IMG/VR virus record: IMGVR_UViG_3300045988_120991 | Span: 101,979-165,978 of that record | Reading direction: 5' to 3' (one strand) | Source: a virus | Length of the DNA: 64,000 nucleotides | Shown: positions 8,942-16,448 of the stretch, one piece after another | How the letters are laid out: each line of letters opens with the position of its first letter | Numbering within the stretch: the stretch's first letter is position 1 | Notes under the pieces: generated by a model | Seen by the model: the letters and a program-made list of their open reading frames with translations, nothing else | Databases searched by the model: none | What the model was told of the DNA's origin: nothing | Made by a program: the position numbers and the translations under genes

Positions 8942-9718
8942 TTATAGTTCATCGTCTTCTTCTGCAAGCTTCTTCTTAATAGCTTTAATTGCAACTTGTA
9001 CATCTGGACGAGTAATGTTCTCCTCCATCCAGACCACATAATCGTCACCAGATTTGAATAGGTCAATCAGCTTCTCGCCCTTATGCTTACCAAATGTTAG
9101 CACATACTCTTCTGGCTTAGATTCTACTCTAGGAGTTTCAATGTTCTCAAAATCCATAGTAAGAGTTTTGCGAGATGCAAGGTAGTCTGCAAGATGTACT
9201 AGCTCTTGATATGTGTCTTCTGGTTTCGGCAAACATTCTCCGGTTTTTCTATCCACATTCCATTGGCCCATATGCGATTCAATACAATGAGCAATTAGTT
9301 CAATCTCATCGTGATTTAGATACTTGCCATCATAACTACGAATAACTGCTGCCATTTGTAGAGGGTGGTCGAATTTAGTATACTTACTTCTTTCATAATC
9401 TGATTGGGACCCACTCTTACGGCCATCATGAATCAGTCCTGCCACACGTAGCAAGTCTCTTTCTCTACTAGGAATTATTTTGTTGTATTGTTCAAGTTCA
9501 AGAAAGAAATTTAGGAATCTTACAACTGCAATCTGATGACACATCAATCCAAGTTCTCCAAGTGAATAGGCCGGATGGTACTTTCCAGTAGACGATGCTC
9601 CAACATGCCATATATATTCTGGAAGGTTGTCTAATAACACAATTGCAAAATCTTTAATATCATCATTTTCAAATGTATTTAGTACTGGTTGTACTATATT
9701 TAGTCTTTCAGGCGTCAT
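8942..9718 (-). CDS. HD-domain phosphohydrolase with C-terminal DUF3820-like tail
   Basis: 258 aa with KYHPAYS...CHQ...LIHDGRK...HCIESH (H..HD..H). The C-terminal FGKHKGEKLIDL...YVVWM motif is seen in phage/ExoX-like tails. Confidence 0.7.
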   Translation of the reverse strand: MTPERLNIVQPVLNTFENDDIKDFAIVLLDNLPEYIWHVGASSTGKYHPAYSLGELGLMCHQIAVVRFLNFFLELEQYNKIIPSRERDLLRVAGLIHDGRKSGSQSDYERSKYTKFDHPLQMAAVIRSYDGKYLNHDEIELIAHCIESHMGQWNVDRKTGECLPKPEDTYQELVHLADYLASRKTLTMDFENIETPRVESKPEEYVLTFGKHKGEKLIDLFKSGDDYVVWMEENITRPDVQVAIKAIKKKLAEEDDEL

Positions 9719-9719
9719 A

Positions 9720-9968
9720 TTAGTCCTCCGTAGTGTAATACTCTAGTTCATCAAACATATTCGATAGGGTGATGACAGCATCTCTGCTATGATTATGTAC
9801 CGCATTAGTTGGGTTTTCATCTTCATAGTTCTCTACAAACCACATGATATTACTTAGTACAGTCTTTGCAAAATCAATAACCTCTACCACATCGTCTGCC
9901 TGGACATTCATAATACCGTTTTCTGAAATGTTATTACACACATTGAATAGGTCATTAAAAGTCTTCAT
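9720..9968 (-). CDS. hypothetical protein
   Basis: ORF track, 82 aa. Confidence 0.5.
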   Translation of the reverse strand: MKTFNDLFNVCNNISENGIMNVQADDVVEVIDFAKTVLSNIMWFVENYEDENPTNAVHNHSRDAVITLSNMFDELEYYTTED

Positions 9969-10132
9969 TCGTCATCCTCCTTAATATCATCTACAAGCTT
10001 TTCAATCTTTCCACAACAGGCACATGCTTCCATATAAGGTGTAAACACAATTCTGTCAATATTCTTCTTTGATAATTTGTGTTTCTTTAGGAAACATTTC
10101 CGGCAATAAATTCCATAATCAGTCTCGTTCAT
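9965..10132 (-). CDS. small zinc-ribbon-like protein (55 aa)
   Basis: Hand-translated MNETDYGIYCRKCF...ACACCGK. ATGA overlap with the next gene. Confidence 0.4.
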   Translation of the reverse strand: MNETDYGIYCRKCFLKKHKLSKKNIDRIVFTPYMEACACCGKIEKLVDDIKEDDE

Positions 10133-10147
10133 TTCTTTAATCCTTTC

Positions 10148-10555
10148 TTAATCAAATGTCTCTTGAATATATCCATTATCCGTTGTATAGTTAATCTTTT
10201 TAATGCCAAGGCTCTTGATAAGTTTTTGACATCCAGGACATGGTTTGCTCAATGCTTTGGTGCCGTTTTTCCACTCTCTATATATGTAAATCTGTACATC
10301 TTTCCAGTTGATATCTTTTCGATTCATAAGTGGTAAAAGAGCAGACGTTTCTGCGTGAAGAAAATGATTTGTATCTCCGTCAAAACGTTCTTTATTAAGT
10401 TCTTTTTGAAGGGGGTGGCTTTTTTTGATGTTACAAGCACTTGAAATAACTCTGTGCTTATATATCACGGCGCAACCTATATGATGCTTTTCAAAGTCGC
10501 TTAATTCAGAAACGGCTTTTGCCACATTAAAATATGTTCTATCCTTTTTTGTCAT
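10148..10555 (-). CDS. deoxycytidylate (dCMP) deaminase
   Basis: 135 aa with HAETSAL and PCPGCQKLI (the HAE...PCxxC zinc site of the cytidine/dCMP deaminase fold). Confidence 0.8.
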   Translation of the reverse strand: MTKKDRTYFNVAKAVSELSDFEKHHIGCAVIYKHRVISSACNIKKSHPLQKELNKERFDGDTNHFLHAETSALLPLMNRKDINWKDVQIYIYREWKNGTKALSKPCPGCQKLIKSLGIKKINYTTDNGYIQETFD

Positions 10556-10572
10556 AAATTAATTTTGTACTG

Positions 10573-11079
10573 TTAATCCTTTTTAATAATTGCCCACACA
10601 TCATTATACGTAACACTTTTACTTAGTGCTTCATCGTGTGTCTTAACCAAAACATCAATATGATTGCCGTTTACGGCACCACCTCTATCTTGAGCCGTTC
10701 TATATCCAATTCCATCAATATAAACTTTTGTGCCATATGGGATTACACTTGGATCAACTGCAATTGTTGTTCCAACATCTGTAGGTACTCCAGATGCGGT
10801 TACTCCAGACCCTCCACAAATATGATCTCTTCTTTCATCACAATAGTACGTAATTTTATATGATCCGAGATACATAAATTCAACACCAGGAGATTTCAGG
10901 TCCTCAATTTCTTGCTTCAATCGAGAATTTTCATCATCCTTTACAGAAATCACTTCGTTCAATCCATCAATAGAACTACTCATCATAGAGATTTCGTTAT
11001 TTTTCAAATGGATTGTCATTACAAGCAAAACAATCACCGTAGCCAAAATAAGATAAGATATGTATTTCTTTCTAATCAT
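10573..11079 (-). CDS. 3D-domain protein with N-terminal membrane anchor (cell-wall associated, MltA/YabE-like)
   Basis: N-terminal TM segment and a coiled coil. C-terminal GVTASG...IAVDPSVIPYGTKVYIDG...DRGGAVNGNHIDV is typical of a 3D domain. Confidence 0.7.
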   Translation of the reverse strand: MIRKKYISYLILATVIVLLVMTIHLKNNEISMMSSSIDGLNEVISVKDDENSRLKQEIEDLKSPGVEFMYLGSYKITYYCDERRDHICGGSGVTASGVPTDVGTTIAVDPSVIPYGTKVYIDGIGYRTAQDRGGAVNGNHIDVLVKTHDEALSKSVTYNDVWAIIKKD

Positions 11080-11097
11080 TCTTAATGTCCTTCCTAA

Positions 11098-11142
11098 ATT
11101 AATTTTGTACTGTAATTATAACAGATATTTTCTATTTGTCAA
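11098..11142 (-). promoter_or_regulatory. sigma-70-type promoter plus conserved leader
   Basis: Minus strand reads TTGACA-N16-TATAAT-t-ACAGTACAAAATTAA. The -35 overlaps the stop codon of the upstream gene. Confidence 0.65.
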
Positions 11143-12263
11143 GATGTTCTTAACCTTTCAATAAGTTTTTTTAGAATTTTAGCAATGTCAGAAATATCAT
11201 GCTGATTCAATGTTTCGTCCAATGTAATACGAATCGTGCTTAAAGCTTCTGCATCTGTAAGTCCAATAGCTTTTAACGTGCTACTTGGCACAGTCTCCCC
11301 ACTACTACAAGCAGAACCCGCAGAGATATAAATCCCACACATACTTGCTAGAGTCACAAGGTCACTAGCTTTTACTCCATCAATACGAACAGAAATATTA
11401 TTGCACAGACGATTAGTATCAAGTTCTGGACCATTTAGATGTACTCCAGGAATTTCAAGAATTTTCTTTGCAAGTTCATCCCTATTAAATCTAGTACAAA
11501 TGTTTGTATAGTCGTGTAACGTTCCTCTATTAATCTCTAGTGCTTTACCCATAGCTGCTATTGCAGGAGTATTTTCAGTTCCTCCTCGTTTGTGTAATTC
11601 TTGACTTCCATAAATAATCGGTGATAAATCAATTGTATCTTTGCAGTATAAAAATCCTGCACCTCTTCCACCTCTAAACTTCTGTGCTGAAATACTCATC
11701 ATATCTATTCTAAGCTTATCAACATCAATTCTTGATTCAGGGAAATATTGAACGGCATCCACATGTAATATACAATTATATTTATGCGTAATATATGAAA
11801 TAGATTTAATATCTTGGAGTGTTCCAATTTCAGAGTTTGCATACTGAATACTAACAATAGAATTATTATGTTCTTTTATTGTATCTTCTAAAATATTTGC
11901 ATCAATATTTCCAAATTCATCTACTGGAATATAATGTACATTAGTAAATTTATGATGATTTAAAATTTCACTAATAGATTTATGCTCTAATTGTGTCGTT
12001 ATAATAGTGTCAAAATTTGTTCCACAAAGTGCTAAAGTGTTTGCCTCTACTCCACCACTTGTGAAAATTATTTCTTTAGGTTCACAATTAATGTCTGCTG
12101 CAATTTGATCTCTTACATTTTCAATTATATTTTTAGCATCTTGCCCCATCTCATGAGTCGAAGATGGGTTGCCATAATGATTATACATTACATCGGCAAC
12201 CACATCTACAACTTCTTTGTATGGTTGAGTAGTAGATGCGCAATCTAAAAAGTATTTCTTCAT
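11139..12263 (-). CDS. cysteine desulfurase / class V aminotransferase (NifS/IscS-like)
   Basis: 374 aa. PLP-lysine context is SAQKFRGGRGAGFLY (compare SGHKxxGPKGxGxLY). C-terminal active-site loop is SAGSACSSG. Confidence 0.8.
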   Translation of the reverse strand: MKKYFLDCASTTQPYKEVVDVVADVMYNHYGNPSSTHEMGQDAKNIIENVRDQIAADINCEPKEIIFTSGGVEANTLALCGTNFDTIITTQLEHKSISEILNHHKFTNVHYIPVDEFGNIDANILEDTIKEHNNSIVSIQYANSEIGTLQDIKSISYITHKYNCILHVDAVQYFPESRIDVDKLRIDMMSISAQKFRGGRGAGFLYCKDTIDLSPIIYGSQELHKRGGTENTPAIAAMGKALEINRGTLHDYTNICTRFNRDELAKKILEIPGVHLNGPELDTNRLCNNISVRIDGVKASDLVTLASMCGIYISAGSACSSGETVPSSTLKAIGLTDAEALSTIRITLDETLNQHDISDIAKILKKLIERLRTS

Positions 12264-12266
12264 TGT

Positions 12267-12710
12267 CTACTCCTCAAATTCAATTTTCTCCTGGTGCCCA
12301 TTACGAACCTCTGTGTACAGATACTTACTAGCAGCATAATCATTGTGAAAGTGCGCCCACTTATAAGCATCAAACATTGAATCGAAATCTACATCGTATC
12401 CGTAATAAATTGTATAGAAAGATGTGTCGTCTCTATATCTTCCAATCATTACAAGTACATTATCCTCGTTCTGCAAAACGTTTCCAAGATACTTATGTGG
12501 GATTTCATAGATATTGTTAAGAACATCCTCCACAATATCATAATCTACTGTAGTAACATTCTTTGTGATAAGAACTGTATTATTGTTACATTTGCAAACT
12601 GCATGGTAATACTTTAACCCCTTTATCTTATTCTCTGTGAACTCAGCAGATACTACCTCAAGCATTGCCCCTGAAACATCATATAATGTGCTCATGTCTA
12701 ACCTCCTCAA
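12267..12710 (-). CDS. hypothetical protein
   Basis: ORF track, 147 aa, directly behind a consensus promoter. Confidence 0.6.
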   Translation of the reverse strand: MRRLDMSTLYDVSGAMLEVVSAEFTENKIKGLKYYHAVCKCNNNTVLITKNVTTVDYDIVEDVLNNIYEIPHKYLGNVLQNEDNVLVMIGRYRDDTSFYTIYYGYDVDFDSMFDAYKWAHFHNDYAASKYLYTEVRNGHQEKIEFEE

Positions 12711-12754
12711 TTAATTTTGTATTATAATTATAACGCAAATTTCTCATTTGTCAA
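12711..12754 (-). promoter_or_regulatory. sigma-70-type promoter plus conserved leader variant
   Basis: Minus strand reads TTGACA-N16-TATAAT-TATAATACAAAATTAATTGAGGAGG. Confidence 0.6.
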
Positions 12755-12763
12755 GTGCATTTT

Positions 12764-12793
12764 AGAAAAATAGCCACCTTTTTACAGGCGGCT
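12764..12793 (-). terminator. rho-independent terminator after glyA
   Basis: Minus strand reads AGCCGCC-TGTAAAA-AGGTGGCT followed by ATTTTTCT. Confidence 0.65.
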
Positions 12794-12799
12794 TATTTT

Positions 12800-14038
12800 T
12801 TACATATAAATTGGATGTAGTTCGCATAGTTGACGAGCTATATCGGAGATATATTTCTTATTGCCATCGAAGTCTTTGATGGCCAACGAAATAAGTCCCG
12901 CCACATTTCTTGCGTCAAACTTATCAAAGCCACGTGTAGTAATTGCGGGAGTCCCAATACGAAGACCACTAGTTACAAATGTGGATAGAGGGTCGTTAGG
13001 AATTGAATTTTTATTCGTTGTAATGTTTACACTATCGAGCTTCTCCTGTAATTCTTTGCCAGTAATTCCTGTGTCTCTAAGGTCTAGAATCATTAGATGA
13101 TTATCTGTTCCACCAGAAATAAGCTTAATGCCGTTTGTTTTAAATACACTTGCCATAGCCTTTGCATTATTAATAACATTATTCTGATATTCTGCAAATT
13201 CTGTCTTCAGTGCTTCACCAAAACATACTGCCTTTGCTGCAATTATATGTTCTAGTGGACCGCCCTGAGTACCAGGAAATACTGCCGAATCAATCTTCTT
13301 TGCAAGTTTACTCTTGCACAAAATAACTGCACCACGAGGGCCTCTCATGGATTTATGAGTCGTAAATGTGCAAACATCAGCATAAGGGACAGGACTTGGA
13401 TGTACACCTCCTGCTACAAGTCCAGCAATATGCGCCATGTCTACAAAGAGATAAGCGCCTACTTCATCTGCAATTTCACGGAACTTTGCAAAATCAATGA
13501 TACGCGGATATGCAGAAGCTCCTGCCAAAATCATCTTAGGCTTGTTATTTAGTGCAAGGTCCCTCACATTATCATAGTCAATAAAGCCATTTTCGCCTAC
13601 TCCATAACGAACTACGTTAAAGTACTTGCCAGAAATGTTGAATGGTGCTCCGTGACTGAGATGCCCACCAGCAGAAAGATCCATGGACAGAACGGTATCA
13701 CCAGGGGATAATAGTGCATAAAATACTGCCAAATTTGCGCTTGCTCCTGAATGCGGCTGCACGTTTGCATGTTCTGCTCCAAATAGCTTTTTACAACGTT
13801 CAATTGCAAGAAGTTCTACTTCATCAATATACTGACATCCACCATAGTATCTCGCATGAGGCTTTCCTTCTGCGTATTTATTGGTTAGAACAGATGACAT
13901 TGCGTCAAGAACTGCTGGAGACACAATGTTTTCTGATGCAATAAGTTCGATTGTACCACGCTGCCTGTTAAGTTCTTTCAAACAAATATCGTATACTTCT
14001 ACATCTTGCTTTTTTAGGTTGTCTAGCATTATATTCAC
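12800..14038 (-). CDS. glyA: serine hydroxymethyltransferase
   Basis: 412 aa. Family-wide similarity is evident, including [11 protein letters not shown] (PLP lysine), [10 protein letters not shown] and [10 protein letters not shown]. Confidence 0.9.
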   Translation of the reverse strand: MNIMLDNLKKQDVEVYDICLKELNRQRGTIELIASENIVSPAVLDAMSSVLTNKYAEGKPHARYYGGCQYIDEVELLAIERCKKLFGAEHANVQPHSGASANLAVFYALLSPGDTVLSMDLSAGGHLSHGAPFNISGKYFNVVRYGVGENGFIDYDNVRDLALNNKPKMILAGASAYPRIIDFAKFREIADEVGAYLFVDMAHIAGLVAGGVHPSPVPYADVCTFTTHKSMRGPRGAVILCKSKLAKKIDSAVFPGTQGGPLEHIIAAKAVCFGEALKTEFAEYQNNVINNAKAMASVFKTNGIKLISGGTDNHLMILDLRDTGITGKELQEKLDSVNITTNKNSIPNDPLSTFVTSGLRIGTPAITTRGFDKFDARNVAGLISLAIKDFDGNKKYISDIARQLCELHPIYM

Positions 14039-14045
14039 TCCTTAC

Positions 14046-14074
14046 TTAAAAATAGGGGAGACTTTCGTCTCCCC
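14046..14074 (-). terminator. rho-independent terminator closing the tRNA array
   Basis: Minus strand reads GGGGAGAC-GAAA-GTCTCCCC followed by TATTTTTAAG, which runs into the glyA RBS. Confidence 0.75.
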
Positions 14075-14077
14075 TTA

Positions 14078-14153
14078 TGGAGCACGTGACGAGGCTTGAA
14101 CTCGCAACAGCCAGATTGGAAATCTGGAACTCTACCAATTGAGCTACACGTGC
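14078..14153 (-). tRNA. tRNA-Gly(UCC)
   Basis: Hand-folded cloverleaf: GCACGTG/CACGTGC acceptor, loop TTTCCAA, T-loop TTCAAGC, CCA encoded. Confidence 0.85.
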
Positions 14154-14158
14154 ATTTG

Positions 14159-14235
14159 TGGTACACCTTGAAGGACTCAAACCTTCGACCTTCTGATCCG
14201 TAGTCAGACGTTCTATTCAACTGAACTAAAGGTGC
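14159..14235 (-). tRNA. tRNA-Arg(ACG)
   Basis: Cloverleaf with TCTGA-CTACGGA-TCAGA anticodon arm, T-loop TTTGAGT, CCA encoded. Confidence 0.85.
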
Positions 14236-14240
14236 ATATA

Positions 14241-14315
14241 TGGTGCCCGTGGAGAGATTCGAACTCTCGACTCACGGCTTAAAAGGCCGTTACTCTACCA
14301 CTGAGTTACACGAGC
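14241..14315 (-). tRNA. tRNA-Lys(UUU)
   Basis: ACGGC-CTTTTAA-GCCGT anticodon arm, GAGAG-TTCGAAT-CTCTC T arm, CCA encoded. Confidence 0.9.
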
Positions 14316-14318
14316 ATA

Positions 14319-14395
14319 TGGTCGGAGTGCAGGGGCTTGAACCCTGGGCCTCTAGATCCCAAATCTAGCGCTCTACCAAACTGAGCTACACCCCG
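14319..14395 (-). tRNA. tRNA-Pro(UGG)
   Basis: CTAGA-TTTGGGA-TCTAG anticodon arm, CAGGG-TTCAAGC-CCCTG T arm, CCA encoded. Confidence 0.9.
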
Positions 14396-14400
14396 AAATG

Positions 14401-14477
14401 TGGCACCCCGTGTTGGACTCAAACCAACGACACATGGCTTAGAAGGCCATTGCTCTGTTCAACTGAGCTAACGGGGC
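14401..14477 (-). tRNA. tRNA-Arg(UCU)
   Basis: ATGGC-CTTCTAA-GCCAT anticodon arm, GTTGG-TTTGAGT-CCAAC T arm, CCA encoded. Confidence 0.9.
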
Positions 14478-14482
14478 ATATA

Positions 14483-14577
14483 TGGCGCCGAGGGTGGGAT
14501 TCGAACCCACGGGCCGAATATAAATCGGCACACAAGATTTCAAGTCTAGGCGCTTATGACCACTTGCGCACCTCGGC
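14483..14577 (-). tRNA. tRNA-Ser(UGA), class II
   Basis: Loop CTTGAAA, long variable arm GCCGA...TCGGC, GTGGG-TTCGAAT-CCCAC T arm, CCA encoded. One mismatch in the anticodon stem. Confidence 0.8.
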
Positions 14578-14690
14578 ATATTAACTTTGTAATCCCAAAC
14601 TCCTCCACACAGATTACTGGGCACCCCTTACCTCGAATGCTAGTTAGTAGCAACAAACGTTTGTGCCGTTTCCACAAATAAAGATACACC

Positions 14691-14885
14691 TCACTGCGTA
14701 TTAACCTCTGTATATTCAGTACTAGATAAGGTAATCATTCTTTCGCATCCGTCCTGTGGACAAAAAATATTTGCAACCCCAAGATTATTTATTCCGTCAG
14801 ACGGATTAAATGCAAATTCACAACCACAATAAGGGCAGATTGCCTTATAGGTCTTAACTTTGCCTCCCTTGATAATATACTTCAT
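14691..14885 (-). CDS. small zinc-ribbon protein embedded in the tRNA array
   Basis: 64 aa with CPYCGC...CPQDGC. GAGGTG RBS. Confidence 0.5.
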   Translation of the reverse strand: MKYIIKGGKVKTYKAICPYCGCEFAFNPSDGINNLGVANIFCPQDGCERMITLSSTEYTEVNTQ

Positions 14886-14896
14886 AATAACACCTC

Positions 14897-15016
14897 TTAA
14901 TTAAACTTGTTCAACTGCCGCTTAACTTTACGGATAAGGCCCTCGTTCATAGTCTCGCCTCGTGCCAAAAGCTTTGCTAGACGATTTTCATAATGTTCCT
15001 TAGTGCGAAAGTTCAT
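14897..15016 (-). CDS. small basic helical protein (39 aa) embedded in the tRNA array
   Basis: Hand-translated MNFRTKEHYENRLAKLLARGETMNEGLIRKVKRQLNKFN. Strong AGGAGG upstream. Confidence 0.35.
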   Translation of the reverse strand: MNFRTKEHYENRLAKLLARGETMNEGLIRKVKRQLNKFN

Positions 15017-15042
15017 AATATGTACCTCCTAAAATTTTTGTA

Positions 15043-15165
15043 TGGCAGGGGTAGTAGGGTTCGAACCTACGATGCGGGAGTCTGGTCAAGGTAGTTGGTA
15101 CTGCCCCAACTAAATTCACTTGAATACCTTGAAAGTCCCGTGCCTTACCACTTGGCTATACCCCT
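15043..15165 (-). tRNA. tRNA-Gln-like gene interrupted by a 49-nt insertion in the anticodon loop (UUG if CTTT+GAC are joined; UUC is the alternative)
   Basis: AGGGGTA/TACCCCT acceptor, GCC-AAGTGGTAA-GGC D arm, CGGGA...TCCCG anticodon stem enclosing 56 nt, GTAGG-TTCGAAC-CCTAC T arm, G73, CCA. Insertion at 15083-15131. Confidence 0.65.
15094..15110 (-). repeat. conserved insertion hairpin, copy 1 (GTTGG-GGCAGTA-CCAAC)
   Basis: The same 5-bp stem and 7-nt GGCAGNA loop recur in the insertions at 16662-16678 and 17532-17548. Confidence 0.7.
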
Positions 15166-15168
15166 ATA

Positions 15169-15243
15169 TGGTGGATCTGACGTGACTCGAACACGCAACT
15201 TCTTCCTTGCAAGGGAAGCTTTCTCCCATTGAAATACAGACCC
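15169..15243 (-). tRNA. tRNA-Cys(GCA)
   Basis: CTTCC-CTTGCAA-GGAAG anticodon arm, GCGTG-TTCGAGT-CACGT T arm, CCA encoded. Confidence 0.85.
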
Positions 15244-15405
15244 AGATTTTATGAGATAGCTACACTATGTATACCTAATGTAGCTATTAGGTTTTCTAAC
15301 TCCTCACCTCAAACCATTTTTATCTGTCTCTCCTCTTAGCCAATCAGATTTGAGTGACTTGAACGGACCGCCGTCCTCACATTGATAAAATAGTAAAATC
15401 AACAA
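15244..15405 (-). other. 162-nt non-coding spacer with strong hairpin inside the tRNA array
   Basis: Minus strand contains ATAGCTACA-N14-TGTAGCTAT (9-bp stem) and GGTTT...AAACC. I found no tRNA fold and no ORF. Confidence 0.3.
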
Positions 15406-15496
15406 TGGCGCGATAGGAAGGCTTCGAACCTTCGCACGGCTTTCACCGCCTAGCAGATTAGCAATCTACCCTCTTCAACCACTTGAGTACTACCGC
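15406..15496 (-). tRNA. tRNA-Ser(GCU), class II
   Basis: GTAGA-TTGCTAA-TCTGC anticodon arm, long variable arm GGCGGTGAAAGCCGT, CCA encoded. Confidence 0.85.
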
Positions 15497-15499
15497 ATA

Positions 15500-15703
15500 T
15501 TAATCTAATGTTCTTCCAGTTGCTAATTCAAAAATTAAATTATCAACACAGGGAATGTGCATTGCCTCTATCTCATATTGAGTACGATGTTCAATGTCAT
15601 TAATATAGATAGGACAATCTTTACATTCTACATTTTCACAAAAACGAACAGCTTTTTCTACTATTTTAGAATTCGCAAATTTTATATATTCTTCCCAACG
15701 CAT
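15500..15703 (-). CDS. small Cys-containing protein embedded in the tRNA array
   Basis: Start moved to MRWEEYIKF, with GGAGG 5 nt upstream. 67 aa. Confidence 0.5.
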   Translation of the reverse strand: MRWEEYIKFANSKIVEKAVRFCENVECKDCPIYINDIEHRTQYEIEAMHIPCVDNLIFELATGRTLD

Positions 15704-15723
15704 AAAATCCTCCATAAAACGAG

Positions 15724-15752
15724 CAGTTTATACAGTGATACTCAGCACTATC
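15724..15752 (-). repeat. 29-nt direct repeat, copy A (contains hairpin ATAGTG-N8-CACTGT)
   Basis: 25 of 29 nt identical to 16117-16145. Both copies sit just downstream (minus sense) of a tRNA 3' end. Confidence 0.6.
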
Positions 15753-15775
15753 CCACGGTCCCAATCGAGCTTTTC

Positions 15776-15850
15776 TGGAGCTGATGGAGAATTTCGAAAT
15801 CTCGACCTAGTGATTACAAATCACTCGCTCTGCCTCTGAGCTACACCAGC
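15776..15850 (-). tRNA. tRNA-Thr(UGU)
   Basis: AGTGA-TTTGTAA-TCACT anticodon arm, CCA encoded. One T-stem mismatch. Confidence 0.8.
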
Positions 15851-15956
15851 AGATCTCCTCGTCTTTCCGAGGTGTCAATCGCACTTTTACATTAATAATC
15901 TTAAATTATTCTTTAATAGGAAGATGACGCCAATCTTGTGTGATTACCTTTTATGT

Positions 15957-16025
15957 GAGGTCTTAATTGGAATCGAACCAACACCTGCCCCACCACGGGG
16001 CCGATCTACCATTGAACTATAAGAC
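15957..16025 (-). tRNA. atypical tRNA-like gene with a shortened (15-nt) anticodon arm; identity undetermined
   Basis: GGTCTTA/TAAGACC acceptor and GTTGG-TTCGATT-CCAAT T arm. The anticodon region is GCCCC-GTGGT-GGGGC (5-nt loop, or 4-bp stem with loop CGTGGTG). No CCA encoded. Confidence 0.4.
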
Positions 16026-16027
16026 CT

Positions 16028-16105
16028 ATGGTGACGCTACCGGGGATCGAACCCGGACACTCCACGGTGAAAGCGTGGTAACTCTACCAATTCGTCCATA
16101 GCGCC
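16028..16105 (-). tRNA. tRNA-Glu(UUC)
   Basis: CCACG-CTTTCAC-CGTGG anticodon arm, CCGGG-TTCGATC-CCCGG T arm, CCA encoded. Confidence 0.8.
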
Positions 16106-16116
16106 ATATCTTTGGA

Positions 16117-16145
16117 CAGTTTATACAGTGATGTCCAGCACTGTC
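16117..16145 (-). repeat. 29-nt direct repeat, copy B (hairpin ACAGTG-N8-CACTGT)
   Basis: See 15724-15752. Confidence 0.6.
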
Positions 16146-16156
16146 ACTTTTGGGAG

Positions 16157-16241
16157 TGGTAGCGGTGGTGGGCTACGATCCCACACGTCATAAGACATTG
16201 GTTTTTGAGACCAACCTGTCTGCCTGTTCCAGCACACCGCC
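16157..16241 (-). tRNA. tRNA-Leu(CAA), class II, atypical T-loop
   Basis: TTGGT-CTCAAAA-ACCAA anticodon arm, long variable arm. The T arm is GTGGG-ATCGTAG-CCCAC, with A where T54 normally sits. CCA encoded. Confidence 0.75.
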
Positions 16242-16448
16242 ATATTAAGCACAACCTACATAGAGCTAGCCTCGCTCACACTTGCTTTCCCGAACACTTC
16301 CCACCCTCGGTTATGCTTTGTTATTGTTTATCCTATTTTCACAATAACATATGCCTCGTTCTCTTCTCGTTACTATGGGTTAGTAACTTAGTAGCTTTTC
16401 TCTTGTGGATAGCACTTATCAATACACCGAGAACCCCAATAGGCGGCA
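16242..16448 (-). ncRNA. 207-nt structured non-coding spacer (candidate ncRNA)
   Basis: No credible ORF. Minus strand contains CTCGGT...ACCGAG enclosing about 110 nt, GTTACTA-ACCCA-TAGTAAC and GTTATTGT-N13-ACAATAAC hairpins. Confidence 0.3.

Noticed and set aside
15043-15165. Calling this gene a second tRNA-Glu(UUC) on the basis of the CTTTCA run.
   Set aside because: The body (D arm GCCAAGTGGTAAGGC, G73) looks Gln-like, and the flanks CTTT...GAC recreate the canonical Gln loop. An intact tRNA-Glu already exists at 16028-16105. The alternative is still listed, because the junction is unproven.
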